A stretch of DNA of 20,000 nucleotides. It comes from an uncultured virus (IMG/VR IMGVR_UViG_3300050821_014397). Lineage: Duplodnaviria; Heunggongvirae; Uroviricota; Caudoviricetes. The position numbers and the translations under genes are program-made. The notes beneath the pieces are model-generated. The model did no database searches. It was not told the DNA's origin and worked only from the letters and a program-made list of their open reading frames with translations. Positions 8,177 to 17,061 of the stretch are shown in pieces. Positions within the stretch are counted from its first letter, which is position 1, and the number at the start of each line of letters is the position of its first letter. Location: the IMG/VR virus record IMGVR_UViG_3300050821_014397, one strand, 5' to 3'.

Positions 8177-8785
8177 CTAGCTCCACTTCTGGGGCAGCCG
8201 GAAATAGAACAGCACGATGAGGCCCTGGCCTGCCGTTCCGCCCGCCATCCCGGCTACGTTGAGCCAGCCCTGAAACGGGACGACGGGAGCGACCGCGTTC
8301 CAGAGCGGCAAGCTGGTCGTGATGTTCTGATCGAGTTCGCCCCCTGCGGCTCCGAAGCTGCCGTTGGCAAAAATGTCCGTCAGGCCCGACTGCGATCCCA
8401 TGGTGAACGCCACCGGGCCGGGCGAGGCGTTGAACGGCGTGAAGCAAACCGACATCCACGAATAGAGGAAGCTGGCGGCTGGGAACGGAATCGCCAGCGA
8501 GAAGTTTCCCATCGTGTAGTCGAGCATCATCGCGAGCGCCAGCGGGGTGACACCGGCAACTTGCGGCCCGCCGGTCGGCCCGCTTACCACCGGACCCGCG
8601 AATTGCGTGGCCATTCCCCCGGGCAGGTTGGACATCATCTGCCGGTAGCTGGTGGGCGTGCGCCCGAGCAGGGGCGGCAGGCTGGCAGACAGCGTTACCG
8701 ACGGGGATTCCGGCGGTCGCTGGATGGGCAGCTGCGGCTGGTTGGGGTCAATGATGGTCGGTTCAATGGTGATGTCAGGTGCCAT
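8177..8785 (-). CDS. Putative minor capsid/decoration-type structural protein
   Basis: Start ATG 8785 (MAPDITIEP) lies 7 nt after TATAAT. Internal MATQFAGPVVSG motif and a beta-rich Gly/Thr C-terminal half ending GQGLIVLFY. Confidence 0.6.
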   Translation of the reverse strand: MAPDITIEPTIIDPNQPQLPIQRPPESPSVTLSASLPPLLGRTPTSYRQMMSNLPGGMATQFAGPVVSGPTGGPQVAGVTPLALAMMLDYTMGNFSLAIPFPAASFLYSWMSVCFTPFNASPGPVAFTMGSQSGLTDIFANGSFGAAGGELDQNITTSLPLWNAVAPVVPFQGWLNVAGMAGGTAGQGLIVLFYFRLPQKWS

Positions 8786-8792
8786 GTCGAGG

Positions 8793-8813
8793 ATTATACT
8801 TGATTGCAGGTTT
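8793..8813 (-). promoter_or_regulatory. AAACCTGCAAT-N4-TATAAT promoter/operator, likely giving a leaderless mRNA
   Basis: - strand reads AAACCTGCAAT caag TATAAT cctcgac ATG; no SD. Confidence 0.65.
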
Positions 8814-8819
8814 CGAGGA

Positions 8820-9428
8820 ATGGTCAAAGTCGAAATGCTTCCGGTCCCCCCGGAGTACGTGGATAAGTTCATGAAAGGGGTCTATCTGACCACGCTCCGC
8901 AAGATCCCCGGCTACGACCTGAAGCGCACGCACCAGCGCCTGCTGGTCGGACTCGACCAGCTCTGGGTCGCCTGCTCGCCGCAGGCCTGCTCGAGCATCT
9001 GGGGCGTTGTCATCACCACGATCAGCGACCGGCCACCGAGCAAACGGAAATGCTTCGAGCGCCAGGACCCCGCGCTGATGCGCTCTCTCACCGTCCACAT
9101 CGCCGGTGAGTATTACCTGGGCACGTGGCTGGAGAGCGCGATAGAGCGCATCATCCACTACGCGCGCCAGCAGGGCTGCCGCCAGCTGTTCCTCCTGTTC
9201 CGCAAGAACTGGCAGAGGCGCATCCTCAGGCCTTTCTTTTCGGCTGGGTGGGAGGCCGTCGCCATCAGCCGCGACCGGCCCACCAAGTCCACCTGCAAGG
9301 TGTACCGCCACCGCAACACGCCCGGCCATTTTCGAATCGTCATCCCGATCCCGGCCAAACGTTTTACCCGGCACATGTATCACATGACGGGCCGGTTCTA
9401 CCTGAAGGAGGAGGAGGCAGCAGCATGA
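8820..9428 (+). CDS. GNAT-like protein of the type that precedes podovirus internal-virion genes
   Basis: Start ATG 8820 with GAGGA. QLWV...GVVITTI...IAGEYYLGTWL...YARQQGC...FRKNWQR pattern. Position before the ejection genes. Confidence 0.6.
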   Translation: MVKVEMLPVPPEYVDKFMKGVYLTTLRKIPGYDLKRTHQRLLVGLDQLWVACSPQACSSIWGVVITTISDRPPSKRKCFERQDPALMRSLTVHIAGEYYLGTWLESAIERIIHYARQQGCRQLFLLFRKNWQRRILRPFFSAGWEAVAISRDRPTKSTCKVYRHRNTPGHFRIVIPIPAKRFTRHMYHMTGRFYLKEEEAAA

Positions 9429-10942
9429 CCCCAACGCCTCGCAAAGTGCGCTCCGGGCGCAGGCAGTTCGGCCCGAGCCCCGGCACCGACCAGGAATGGG
9501 CGAAGGTGATGGCGAGCCCGCACGTGCAGCGCGCCTTCAGCGATCCAGCGATCCAGCAGGCCCTCATGCAGCACATGCAGCAGCAGGCCGCCGCCGCGCC
9601 TCCAGCCGCGCCAGCGCCGGGCATGGCGCAAGGCGGCGCGCTCCACTTCGACACCGGCGGCGCGAACAACGCCACCGAGATCCACGACCTCGAGCGGCAG
9701 ATCGCCGATCTACCCGAGGGGGAGAAGAAGAACAGCCTGCGCATGCGCCTCGCCACGCTCCAGTCGCAGCAGTCGGCGAGCCCGTTCTCAATACCCGGCG
9801 GGGGCACCGTCTCCGGCAGCACCATGAGCGGCATCAACCAGATGGTCAAGCCGCCCACCATGGGGAATACCGCCCTCGCAGCGGGCATGGGCGCGCTGAT
9901 GGGTGCGGGAACCACCAGCCACCAGGGCCTGAGTGCGCTCGTGGGCGCGGGCCTCTCGGGCGCGCTCAGCTACCTGATCCGCAAATACGGCAAGAACGCG
10001 CAGGCCCAGAAAGACCAGCAGCAGAGCGGCGGCGGTGGCGGCTACACTGGCGGCTACACCCCGATGCAAGCACCGCAGGGCGGCGCAACGGGCAGCAGCA
10101 CACCGGCGCAGCCTTCGGTGACGCTCCCGACCTCCGGCCCCACCGGCGGGCCGCAGAGCGTGCCGGGCCTGGACAACGTCGGCGCGCTTCCCTCCGCGCC
10201 TCCCGGCGAGGGCCGCCTGATGATGGGCACGGCCAACTCGGATTCCGGCAACGTGATCTCCCGCGACGGCGGCAAGACCTGGGTGGACAGTCAAACCCAG
10301 AAGCCGTACCACGACGTGGTCGTCAACCAGACGCAGATCGATCCGGGGAGCAGCCTGACCAGCGCCGCCCCGGCCACCACGCCACCGGCGCAGACCGGCC
10401 TGGGCTCGGCGCTCGCAGGCAGCGCCGACACGAACACGACCACGCCGAATTTGATGGGGCCGACCTTCGCCGCAGGCCAGGAGAAGCGCCTCCAGCAGGG
10501 CCTGATCCCCCGGGGACCGGCGGGCGCGTTTGCGCCGGGCTGGGACGAGAAGCTCGGAAAGAACACCTTGCAGGGCACCACACCAACCGCCGCGCCAACC
10601 GACTCCTGGTTCGCGGGAGCCCCCGGCGACTTCGGCGGCGAGTTTGGTGAGGCCACCACGCCGTTTCAGAAGGGCGGCCCGGTCGCGAGCCCTGAGCCGC
10701 TGGCGCACAAGATGCCGATCCCGGTCCTGCACACCACCATCGTGATCGCGGGCAAGCCCAAGCAGGACGACAAGAAGCCCACCAAGAAGGCGGGCGGCGG
10801 GGTCTATCCCAAGACGCAGCTGCTTCCGCCCAAACGCGGCCCCCAGGACCACGAGGACCGGCCTCGCGCCCATGGCCGAGTGCAGGTTCCGCGCGGCAGC
10901 GGAGTCGCAATTAAAGGCAAACGATTCGGCGGCATCTACTGA
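9425..10942 (+). CDS. Low-complexity putative virion/internal protein (505 aa)
   Basis: ATGA-coupled start at 9425 with GGAGGAGG SD; G/P/T/A-rich; MAQGG, FDTGG, FQKGG motifs; C-terminal RGSGVAIKGKRFGGIY. Confidence 0.7.
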   Translation: MTPTPRKVRSGRRQFGPSPGTDQEWAKVMASPHVQRAFSDPAIQQALMQHMQQQAAAAPPAAPAPGMAQGGALHFDTGGANNATEIHDLERQIADLPEGEKKNSLRMRLATLQSQQSASPFSIPGGGTVSGSTMSGINQMVKPPTMGNTALAAGMGALMGAGTTSHQGLSALVGAGLSGALSYLIRKYGKNAQAQKDQQQSGGGGGYTGGYTPMQAPQGGATGSSTPAQPSVTLPTSGPTGGPQSVPGLDNVGALPSAPPGEGRLMMGTANSDSGNVISRDGGKTWVDSQTQKPYHDVVVNQTQIDPGSSLTSAAPATTPPAQTGLGSALAGSADTNTTTPNLMGPTFAAGQEKRLQQGLIPRGPAGAFAPGWDEKLGKNTLQGTTPTAAPTDSWFAGAPGDFGGEFGEATTPFQKGGPVASPEPLAHKMPIPVLHTTIVIAGKPKQDDKKPTKKAGGGVYPKTQLLPPKRGPQDHEDRPRAHGRVQVPRGSGVAIKGKRFGGIY

Positions 10943-10948
10943 TAAACT
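10940..10948 (+). promoter_or_regulatory. Possible extended -10 promoter (TGaTAAACT)
   Basis: TGnTAnnnT match overlapping the upstream stop codon. Confidence 0.4.
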
Positions 10949-11009
10949 GTAGTGCGATGGATCGTTTCGTTTCCGTTGTCGTTGTCAGTAACCCGGTTTG
11001 ATAGGGTGA

Positions 11010-11054
11010 GCGCCGGGCTCGTTCTCCCTTGCTCGGGTCCGGCGCGTTTTCTTT
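11010..11054 (+). terminator. Intrinsic terminator immediately upstream of the SD of the 11068 gene
   Basis: 12-bp stem GCGCCGGGCTCG/CGGGTCCGGCGC (2 GU pairs), then GTTTTCTTT, then GAGGG SD. Confidence 0.75.
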
Positions 11055-11067
11055 GAGGGCGCGTTAG

Positions 11068-13224
11068 ATGGGCTTCTTCTCTCCGTCTCCGGCGACCAGC
11101 ACCAGCACCTCCAGCAGTACGACCAACTACACCCCTTCACCGGCGATCCAGGGCCAGTGGAACGATATCACCGGCACCGCCTCGGGCCTCGTCACCGGCC
11201 CCGGCGGCATCGTCAACAACTACCAATACCCGGGCCAGATGGTCGCCAACCCGAGCGACCTGATGAATCAGTACTGGAATCAGGCGGGCTCGATGGGAGC
11301 CAACGCTCCCAACATGCAGCCGTACCAGCAGCAGATGACCGGGTACGGCTCGCAGCTCGCGGGCACGCAGGTCGATCCCAATTCGATCAACCTGCCCGGC
11401 TATAACCCGCAATCGTTCCAGCCCGGCCAGCTGAACCTGCCGCAGTTCGGCGCTACGCCCAACGTCACCGGCACCACCGGGCCGAGCGGCCTCGCCTCTT
11501 CCTATCTGGTCAACCCGGGGCAGGTGCAGGCACCGGCGGCCTATACGCCGCAACAGGTGCAGGCCATGAATGTCTCGGCACCCGGCTCGGTCAATCCGAT
11601 CACCGGCGTGCCCAATGTCAGTGCGCCCCAGCTCCAGCAGTATCAGATGAACCCGAACGCGTACCAGCCGGTGAGCGCGCAGGGCCTGCAGAACTTCACC
11701 ATGCAGGCGGCGGGCAACGTGGCACCGACGGGCCTTGCGAGCACGCAGAGCTTTACCGACCCGGGCGTGGCGCAGCAGTACATGAGCCCGTACACGCAGC
11801 AGGTCGTCAACAGCCAGCTCGCCCAGGCTCAGGTGCAGGAGCAGCAGCAGCTCCAGCAGCAGGGCGCGCAGGCGGCGCAGGCCGGGGCCTTCGGCGGATC
11901 GCGCTCGGCGGTGGAAGCCGCCAACACGTCCATCGGGTATCAGCAGCTGGCCTCGCAGATCCAGGCGCAGGGTCTGCAGAGCGCGTATCAGCAGGCCCAG
12001 CAGCAGTTCAACACGCAACAGCAGGCGGGCCTGCAGGCGCAGCAGTTCAACATCGGCACCGGCCTCCAGGCGCAACTCGCGAACCAGCAGGCGCAGCAGC
12101 AGGCCAACGTGCAGAACCTGTCGGCCTATCTGCAAACGCAGGGCCTCGGCGCGCAGACCGGCCTCCAGGCCCAGCTCGCCAATCAGCAAGCCGGTCTCTC
12201 GGTCGGACAGCAGAACCTGCAGGCCAACCTCGCCACGCAGCAGCTGGGCGCAACCACCGGCCTGCAGGCGGCGCTCGCCAACCAGTCGATGTCGTACCAG
12301 CAGCAGCTGGCCAACCAGCAGGCGCAGGAGTTCGGCTACGGCCAGCAGCTGCAGGCGGGCCTCGCCAATCAGCAGGCGGGCCTGCAGGCGCAGGGCATGA
12401 ATCAGTCGGCGGGCCTGCAGAGCGCGCTCGCCAGCATGGGCTATCAGTACGGCGCTTCGCAGGCCAACGCGGCCAACCAGCTGCAGGCCGGGCTTGCCGC
12501 GCAGCAGCTCGGCTACCAGGGCTCGCAGTTTAATGCCCAGCAGATGCAGCAGGCGGCGCTGGCCAATCAGGCCGCGCAGATGCAGGCGCAGGGCATGACC
12601 TACCAGGGCGGCCTCTCGGGCGCATTGCAGACCCAGAACCTGGGCATGCAGGGCCAGATCCAGGGCGGCCAGATGGGCCTGCAGAGCGCGGCCCAGCAGA
12701 ACCAGCTCCGGCAGTCGCAGCAAAACCTGAACATGGGCGCGATCCAGGGCGCGGCGGGCCTCCAGCAGCAGGCGGGAATGCTCGGCATGCAGGGCTACCA
12801 GACCGGCCTGCAGGGCCTCAATGCGCTGCAGCAGGGCGCGACCTCGAACCAGGGCTACAACCAGCAGGTGGCCGACGCGGGCTATCAGCAGTGGATGAAT
12901 TCCCTGACACTGCCGCTGCAGGGCCTGGGCGCGCTCGCGCAGCTGACCGCCATGCAGCCGCTCCCCTACACCATGAACCAGAGCGGCACCTCGACCGGCA
13001 CGCAGATGCCCGCCCAGGCCTCGCCCTTCAGTCAGATCCTGGGCGGCGCGTTCGGCGGCCTGGGCGCGGTGGGCAGCCTGTTCGGACGCGAGGGCGGCCT
13101 CGCCGAGAACCTGCCCGAGCTGAAGGCGAAGAAGCCCCGGAGCAAGCGCACCGGCCTCGCCGCCGTCGTCGCCATGCCCCAGGCTCCGGCCTTCCAGCGG
13201 CACGGCCTCGAGCGGGCGGCCTGA
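11068..13224 (+). CDS. Gln-rich DNA ejection/pilot (internal virion) protein
   Basis: 718 aa; N-terminal MGFFS-S/T-rich; YMSPYTQQVV and AGAFGGSR motifs; repeated GLQAxLANQQA; Gly-rich hydrophobic segment near the C-terminus. Confidence 0.75.
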   Translation: MGFFSPSPATSTSTSSSTTNYTPSPAIQGQWNDITGTASGLVTGPGGIVNNYQYPGQMVANPSDLMNQYWNQAGSMGANAPNMQPYQQQMTGYGSQLAGTQVDPNSINLPGYNPQSFQPGQLNLPQFGATPNVTGTTGPSGLASSYLVNPGQVQAPAAYTPQQVQAMNVSAPGSVNPITGVPNVSAPQLQQYQMNPNAYQPVSAQGLQNFTMQAAGNVAPTGLASTQSFTDPGVAQQYMSPYTQQVVNSQLAQAQVQEQQQLQQQGAQAAQAGAFGGSRSAVEAANTSIGYQQLASQIQAQGLQSAYQQAQQQFNTQQQAGLQAQQFNIGTGLQAQLANQQAQQQANVQNLSAYLQTQGLGAQTGLQAQLANQQAGLSVGQQNLQANLATQQLGATTGLQAALANQSMSYQQQLANQQAQEFGYGQQLQAGLANQQAGLQAQGMNQSAGLQSALASMGYQYGASQANAANQLQAGLAAQQLGYQGSQFNAQQMQQAALANQAAQMQAQGMTYQGGLSGALQTQNLGMQGQIQGGQMGLQSAAQQNQLRQSQQNLNMGAIQGAAGLQQQAGMLGMQGYQTGLQGLNALQQGATSNQGYNQQVADAGYQQWMNSLTLPLQGLGALAQLTAMQPLPYTMNQSGTSTGTQMPAQASPFSQILGGAFGGLGAVGSLFGREGGLAENLPELKAKKPRSKRTGLAAVVAMPQAPAFQRHGLERAA

Positions 13225-13225
13225 T

Positions 13226-15757
13226 ATGCCGGACATCAGCCAGATGACGAGCGACCTGCGCGGTCTGCCCGATCAGGTCCTGCAGCACGAGCTGATGCAG
13301 CCGAGCGGCGTCGTGCCCAGCTACCTCGTGCTCGCCGAGGCGCAGCGCCGCCAGCTCATGCGGCAGGCCGCGCAGAAGCAGCAGAGCCAGGGCCAGAGCG
13401 GCACGGTGATGGACGACGTGGTGCGCAACATGATGGCGGGCCAGCCGTCGCAGGACGGGCCGCCGCCACCGGCGGGCATGACGCCGCCCAAAGCAGGGCA
13501 AGGTCCTCCGCAGCAAGGTCCTCCCGGCATGCCGGGCGCGGCACCGCCGCAGCAGATGGGCTTCGCGCGCGGCGGCGTGATCCAGATGGCGGATGGCGAC
13601 CTCTACGAGGATGACGGTGAGGGTGAGGATCAACCTGATCAGCCGCAGGTGCAGGCGCAGGGCTCCGCCGACCGCGCCATGCAGCCGGTGAACGTCGACG
13701 ATCTGGCCGAGGCCATGATCCAGTTCGAAGGCTCGCGCAAGCCCGACTCTCCCGGCTACCACGCCAATAACCCGGGCCACCTGAAGTACGTCGGGCAGAA
13801 GGGTTCCATCGGCAAGGACGCGCTCGGCTTTGCGCGCTTCAACGACTGGAACACCGGCCTCACGGCGATGAAGGATCAGATCCGCACCAACCTCAAACGC
13901 GGCCTGACCTTGAGCGAAATGATCGGCGGCAAAGAAGGCGTGTATCCGGGCTGGGCTCCGGCGAGCGACAACAACAACCCGGCGAACTACATCAACTACC
14001 TCAAAAAGCAGACCGGCTACGATCCCGACGCGCTCATGCAAGAGGGCGGCGCGCAGGCCGCGCCGAAGCCGCCGGTGCTCGCGGCCTCGCAGGCAGACCA
14101 GGGACCGGCCACCGGGCCGGTGCAGGGCTCCGCCGACACGCCGACCGAGAAGCCGGTGCCTAAGCTGCCGCCTGCGGTGGAAGAAGAAACCGACGGAGAA
14201 GACGGAGATGGAGAGGCAGCGGCTCCGCCCGCGCCGCCCGCCAAGCCAGCGGCCCCGTCCTATGTCATGCCGTCGGCCCGGGAATTCGATCCCTACAATC
14301 CCGCCAACATCGACAAGCAGCGCCAGCTGTACTACACCATCTTCGGCGGCTCGCCCGAGCGCCAGCAGCAGCTCGAGGCGCAGCGCGCGGCCACCGTCGC
14401 GCAGCTCCAGGGCCTGCAGCAGGACACCATCAACCGCTACCGCAACCCGAGCCCTTGGGAGTTCCTGGCCAACATCGGCGCAGGCATGGGAGCCTCGCAT
14501 CAACTGTCCCTGCCGCTCATGTTCGCGCAAGGCGTCGGGCAGGCGTGGCAGGCGCGCGATCAGCAGCAGGACCGGGCGCTGACGCAGGCAGAGGCGCTGC
14601 AGCAGCACATCGATGCGATCCAGAACATCGGCGGGACGGAGCGCGAGCGCATGGGCCGCGATCTGGTTACGCTGCTCGGGCAGCAGAGCAAGACTCCTGG
14701 TGGCGCGGCCAAGTTCGAAGACTTCGTGAAGATGCCCGGTGCCACCTACGGATCAATCGACCCGAGTCAGGCTCCGGGGCCGGGCATGATCGGCGTGCCC
14801 GATCCGGGCCACCCCGGCTTCGGCGTATGGATCAGCCAGAATCAGGCTACCCAGGCCCCCAAGGGGCAGCAGCTGACCGGGATGTTCGAGAAAGACTTCC
14901 TGCCCGGCTGGGCGGAGGAGAACGGCACCTCCGTCGATAAAATGACCGGCACGCAGCGTCAGCAGGCCTTCAAGGATTACCGCGCCTCGCTGGTCGATCC
15001 CAGCATCAAGGAGGCCGCGCAGGAAATCGCCAAGGGCATCATGGAGGGCACCTCGCCGCCCGACATGAAGGGCCTGTACCGCTACGGCGGTCAGGTGCGC
15101 GCCATCCTGAACAAGAACGGCTACGACCTCACGACTGCGATGCGCGACTGGCAGAACCTGCAGAAGTATTACACCACGCTCAACGGTGCAAAACAGATCC
15201 AGATGCGTCAGTCCACTCAGTTTGTCGCCGAGAGCATCCCTTACATGCGCCAGCTGTACAAGGACTGGCAGGCCACCGGACTGCCGACGGGATTCAAAGA
15301 GTACAACAAAGCGGCTCTGGTGGCTGCTACCAACCTGCCCGGCGAACAAGGGGTCAAGGCGCGGCTGTTGCTCTCGCAGCTTTCCCACATGACTTCCGAG
15401 GTTGGCACGATGTACAAGGGCGGCAACAACTCCACCGACGATAGCCTGCGGCTGGCGGGAGAGAGCCTGCAGGCCGACTGGAACCCGGAGCAGTTCATGG
15501 GTGCCCTCGGCCAGCTTGAAAAAAACGTCCAGCTCCGCAGAAACTCGTGGAACTCCATCGCGCCTGCGGGCGTCAGCCCCGACTCGCAGTATCTGGTGAA
15601 GCCGGGCGGAGGAGCAGGGGGCGCGGGACCAACCGCCGGTAATGCGCCGCCGCGACCTGCCGGGATTCCGGCGGGTGCCGCCGCGCAGTGGAACCCAACG
15701 CGGCAGCAATGGCGCTATAAGAAGCCGGGAAGCGACACATGGCAGATCCTGCAGTAA
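13226..15757 (+). CDS. Internal virion/ejection protein with lysozyme-like (NNPG) peptidoglycan hydrolase domain
   Basis: 843 aa; QFEG...NNPGHLKY...FARFNDWNTGLTAM...WAPASDNNNPANY matches the NNPGN-type virion muramidase/transglycosylase pattern. Confidence 0.75.
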   Translation: MPDISQMTSDLRGLPDQVLQHELMQPSGVVPSYLVLAEAQRRQLMRQAAQKQQSQGQSGTVMDDVVRNMMAGQPSQDGPPPPAGMTPPKAGQGPPQQGPPGMPGAAPPQQMGFARGGVIQMADGDLYEDDGEGEDQPDQPQVQAQGSADRAMQPVNVDDLAEAMIQFEGSRKPDSPGYHANNPGHLKYVGQKGSIGKDALGFARFNDWNTGLTAMKDQIRTNLKRGLTLSEMIGGKEGVYPGWAPASDNNNPANYINYLKKQTGYDPDALMQEGGAQAAPKPPVLAASQADQGPATGPVQGSADTPTEKPVPKLPPAVEEETDGEDGDGEAAAPPAPPAKPAAPSYVMPSAREFDPYNPANIDKQRQLYYTIFGGSPERQQQLEAQRAATVAQLQGLQQDTINRYRNPSPWEFLANIGAGMGASHQLSLPLMFAQGVGQAWQARDQQQDRALTQAEALQQHIDAIQNIGGTERERMGRDLVTLLGQQSKTPGGAAKFEDFVKMPGATYGSIDPSQAPGPGMIGVPDPGHPGFGVWISQNQATQAPKGQQLTGMFEKDFLPGWAEENGTSVDKMTGTQRQQAFKDYRASLVDPSIKEAAQEIAKGIMEGTSPPDMKGLYRYGGQVRAILNKNGYDLTTAMRDWQNLQKYYTTLNGAKQIQMRQSTQFVAESIPYMRQLYKDWQATGLPTGFKEYNKAALVAATNLPGEQGVKARLLLSQLSHMTSEVGTMYKGGNNSTDDSLRLAGESLQADWNPEQFMGALGQLEKNVQLRRNSWNSIAPAGVSPDSQYLVKPGGGAGGAGPTAGNAPPRPAGIPAGAAAQWNPTRQQWRYKKPGSDTWQILQ

Positions 15758-17061
15758 CCGATCCGAACGAGGGCTGGATCGACGTCCCTGCGACCGCGCC
15801 AGCGGCGGCAGCTCCGGCGGCAGCTCCAGCGAGTGCGGACACCGGCTGGGTCGATGTGCCGGAGGACAAACCCCAGGGACCTCCGCCGCCATCGGCCACC
15901 GACTTCCTGCTCAATCAGGCACCGCACTCGATCTACCGCGCGGCTTCGAGTCTCACGCACGCGGTGATCCATCCCATCGACACCGCCTGGAACGCGGGCA
16001 AGCTGGTCGCGGGCACGCTCCGGGCGGCGGCGCGCGGCGCAGGCATGGACATGCCGGACAACGAGGCGGATCAGGTTGCGCGCCACTTCGTGGACTACGC
16101 GAAGAACCGCTGGGGCGGCGTGGATGAAATCAAGAACGCGCTGTATCACGATCCGGCGGGGATGCTGATGGACTTCTCGGCGGCCTTGAGCGGCGCGGGC
16201 GGCGTACTGCGCGGCGCGGGCGCGCTCTCCGGTGTCGAAGCAGCCAGCACGCTGGGCCGGGAACTGACTACGGCAGGCGAGGTAACCAACCCGCTGTACG
16301 TTCCGAGCAGGATCGCCTCGGGTACGATCAACCGCCTGATCACCAAACCCCCTCCGGCTCCGCCTGAGCCGCCAGCTTTCGATCCCAAGACGGTCACCTT
16401 CGCGAATGAGGAGGTCCCCTTCGATCCATCGACGGGGACGTTCCACGAGCAGCCGGGCGGCTACAAGTCGCCGCAGCCGCCGCAGGCCAAAACGGCGGCG
16501 CAGCAGCTGCGGGAGGAGTGGGGGGTCAAGGAGCCAGGGGTTGAGGCGTCTACCCCACCGCCGCCGCCCAAGCCCAAGCCGCAGCCCAAGCCCGCAGCAG
16601 CGCCACCGCCGCCACCCGCACCGCCTGCTGCAGCACCGCCGCCAGCTGGCAGCAAGCTCGCGCAGAACATTCGCACGGTCCTACAGAACCCGCTTAGCGG
16701 TGGTGCACTCACTTATGAAGCGATCAATCTGTTGACTCACCACCTTGCGGGAAGCATAGGCGGGGGACTGGTGGCTACTGCCGCCATCAAATATCTCCCA
16801 CAGCTCTTGAAAAGCGAGGCGGGTCAGCAGATGCTCGCCAGGATCGGCCCGGAGAGTAACGCGGCTGCGGTGGCTGGTGTCGCCAGGGACCTCGTACCCG
16901 CGCTGAACACGCTGTATCAGTCGCAGCTCAAGCAGCAGTCGATGGGGGAGCGCTCGGCTTTCGACCGGGCCAAGGGCGGCATGGTGAATCCCGAGCTGGC
17001 GCGCATCCAGCGCGAGCGCCTACACCTGCCCGGCATCCTTGGAATGCTTGAGCACAAATAG
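15739..17061 (+). CDS. Putative internal virion/ejection protein
   Basis: 440 aa; GWIDVP/GWVDVP N-terminal repeat, Pro-rich linker, C-terminal RAKGGMV; overlaps the previous gene by 19 nt. Confidence 0.7.
   Translation: MADPAVTDPNEGWIDVPATAPAAAAPAAAPASADTGWVDVPEDKPQGPPPPSATDFLLNQAPHSIYRAASSLTHAVIHPIDTAWNAGKLVAGTLRAAARGAGMDMPDNEADQVARHFVDYAKNRWGGVDEIKNALYHDPAGMLMDFSAALSGAGGVLRGAGALSGVEAASTLGRELTTAGEVTNPLYVPSRIASGTINRLITKPPPAPPEPPAFDPKTVTFANEEVPFDPSTGTFHEQPGGYKSPQPPQAKTAAQQLREEWGVKEPGVEASTPPPPPKPKPQPKPAAAPPPPPAPPAAAPPPAGSKLAQNIRTVLQNPLSGGALTYEAINLLTHHLAGSIGGGLVATAAIKYLPQLLKSEAGQQMLARIGPESNAAAVAGVARDLVPALNTLYQSQLKQQSMGERSAFDRAKGGMVNPELARIQRERLHLPGILGMLEHK

Noticed and set aside
8652..9424. Upstream starts in the ORF track (8652, 8872, 9125; also 3784, 7706, 18547, 18679)
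   Set aside because: They overlap neighbouring genes or promoters. Downstream ATGs with SD, ATGA coupling or a -10 box fit better.
11137..14608. Long antisense ORFs (11137-13236, 13028-14608; likewise 6372-7886, 1305-2207, 18986-19837)
   Set aside because: Shadow ORFs of high-GC genes: they lie opposite well-supported CDSs and have no recognisable motifs.
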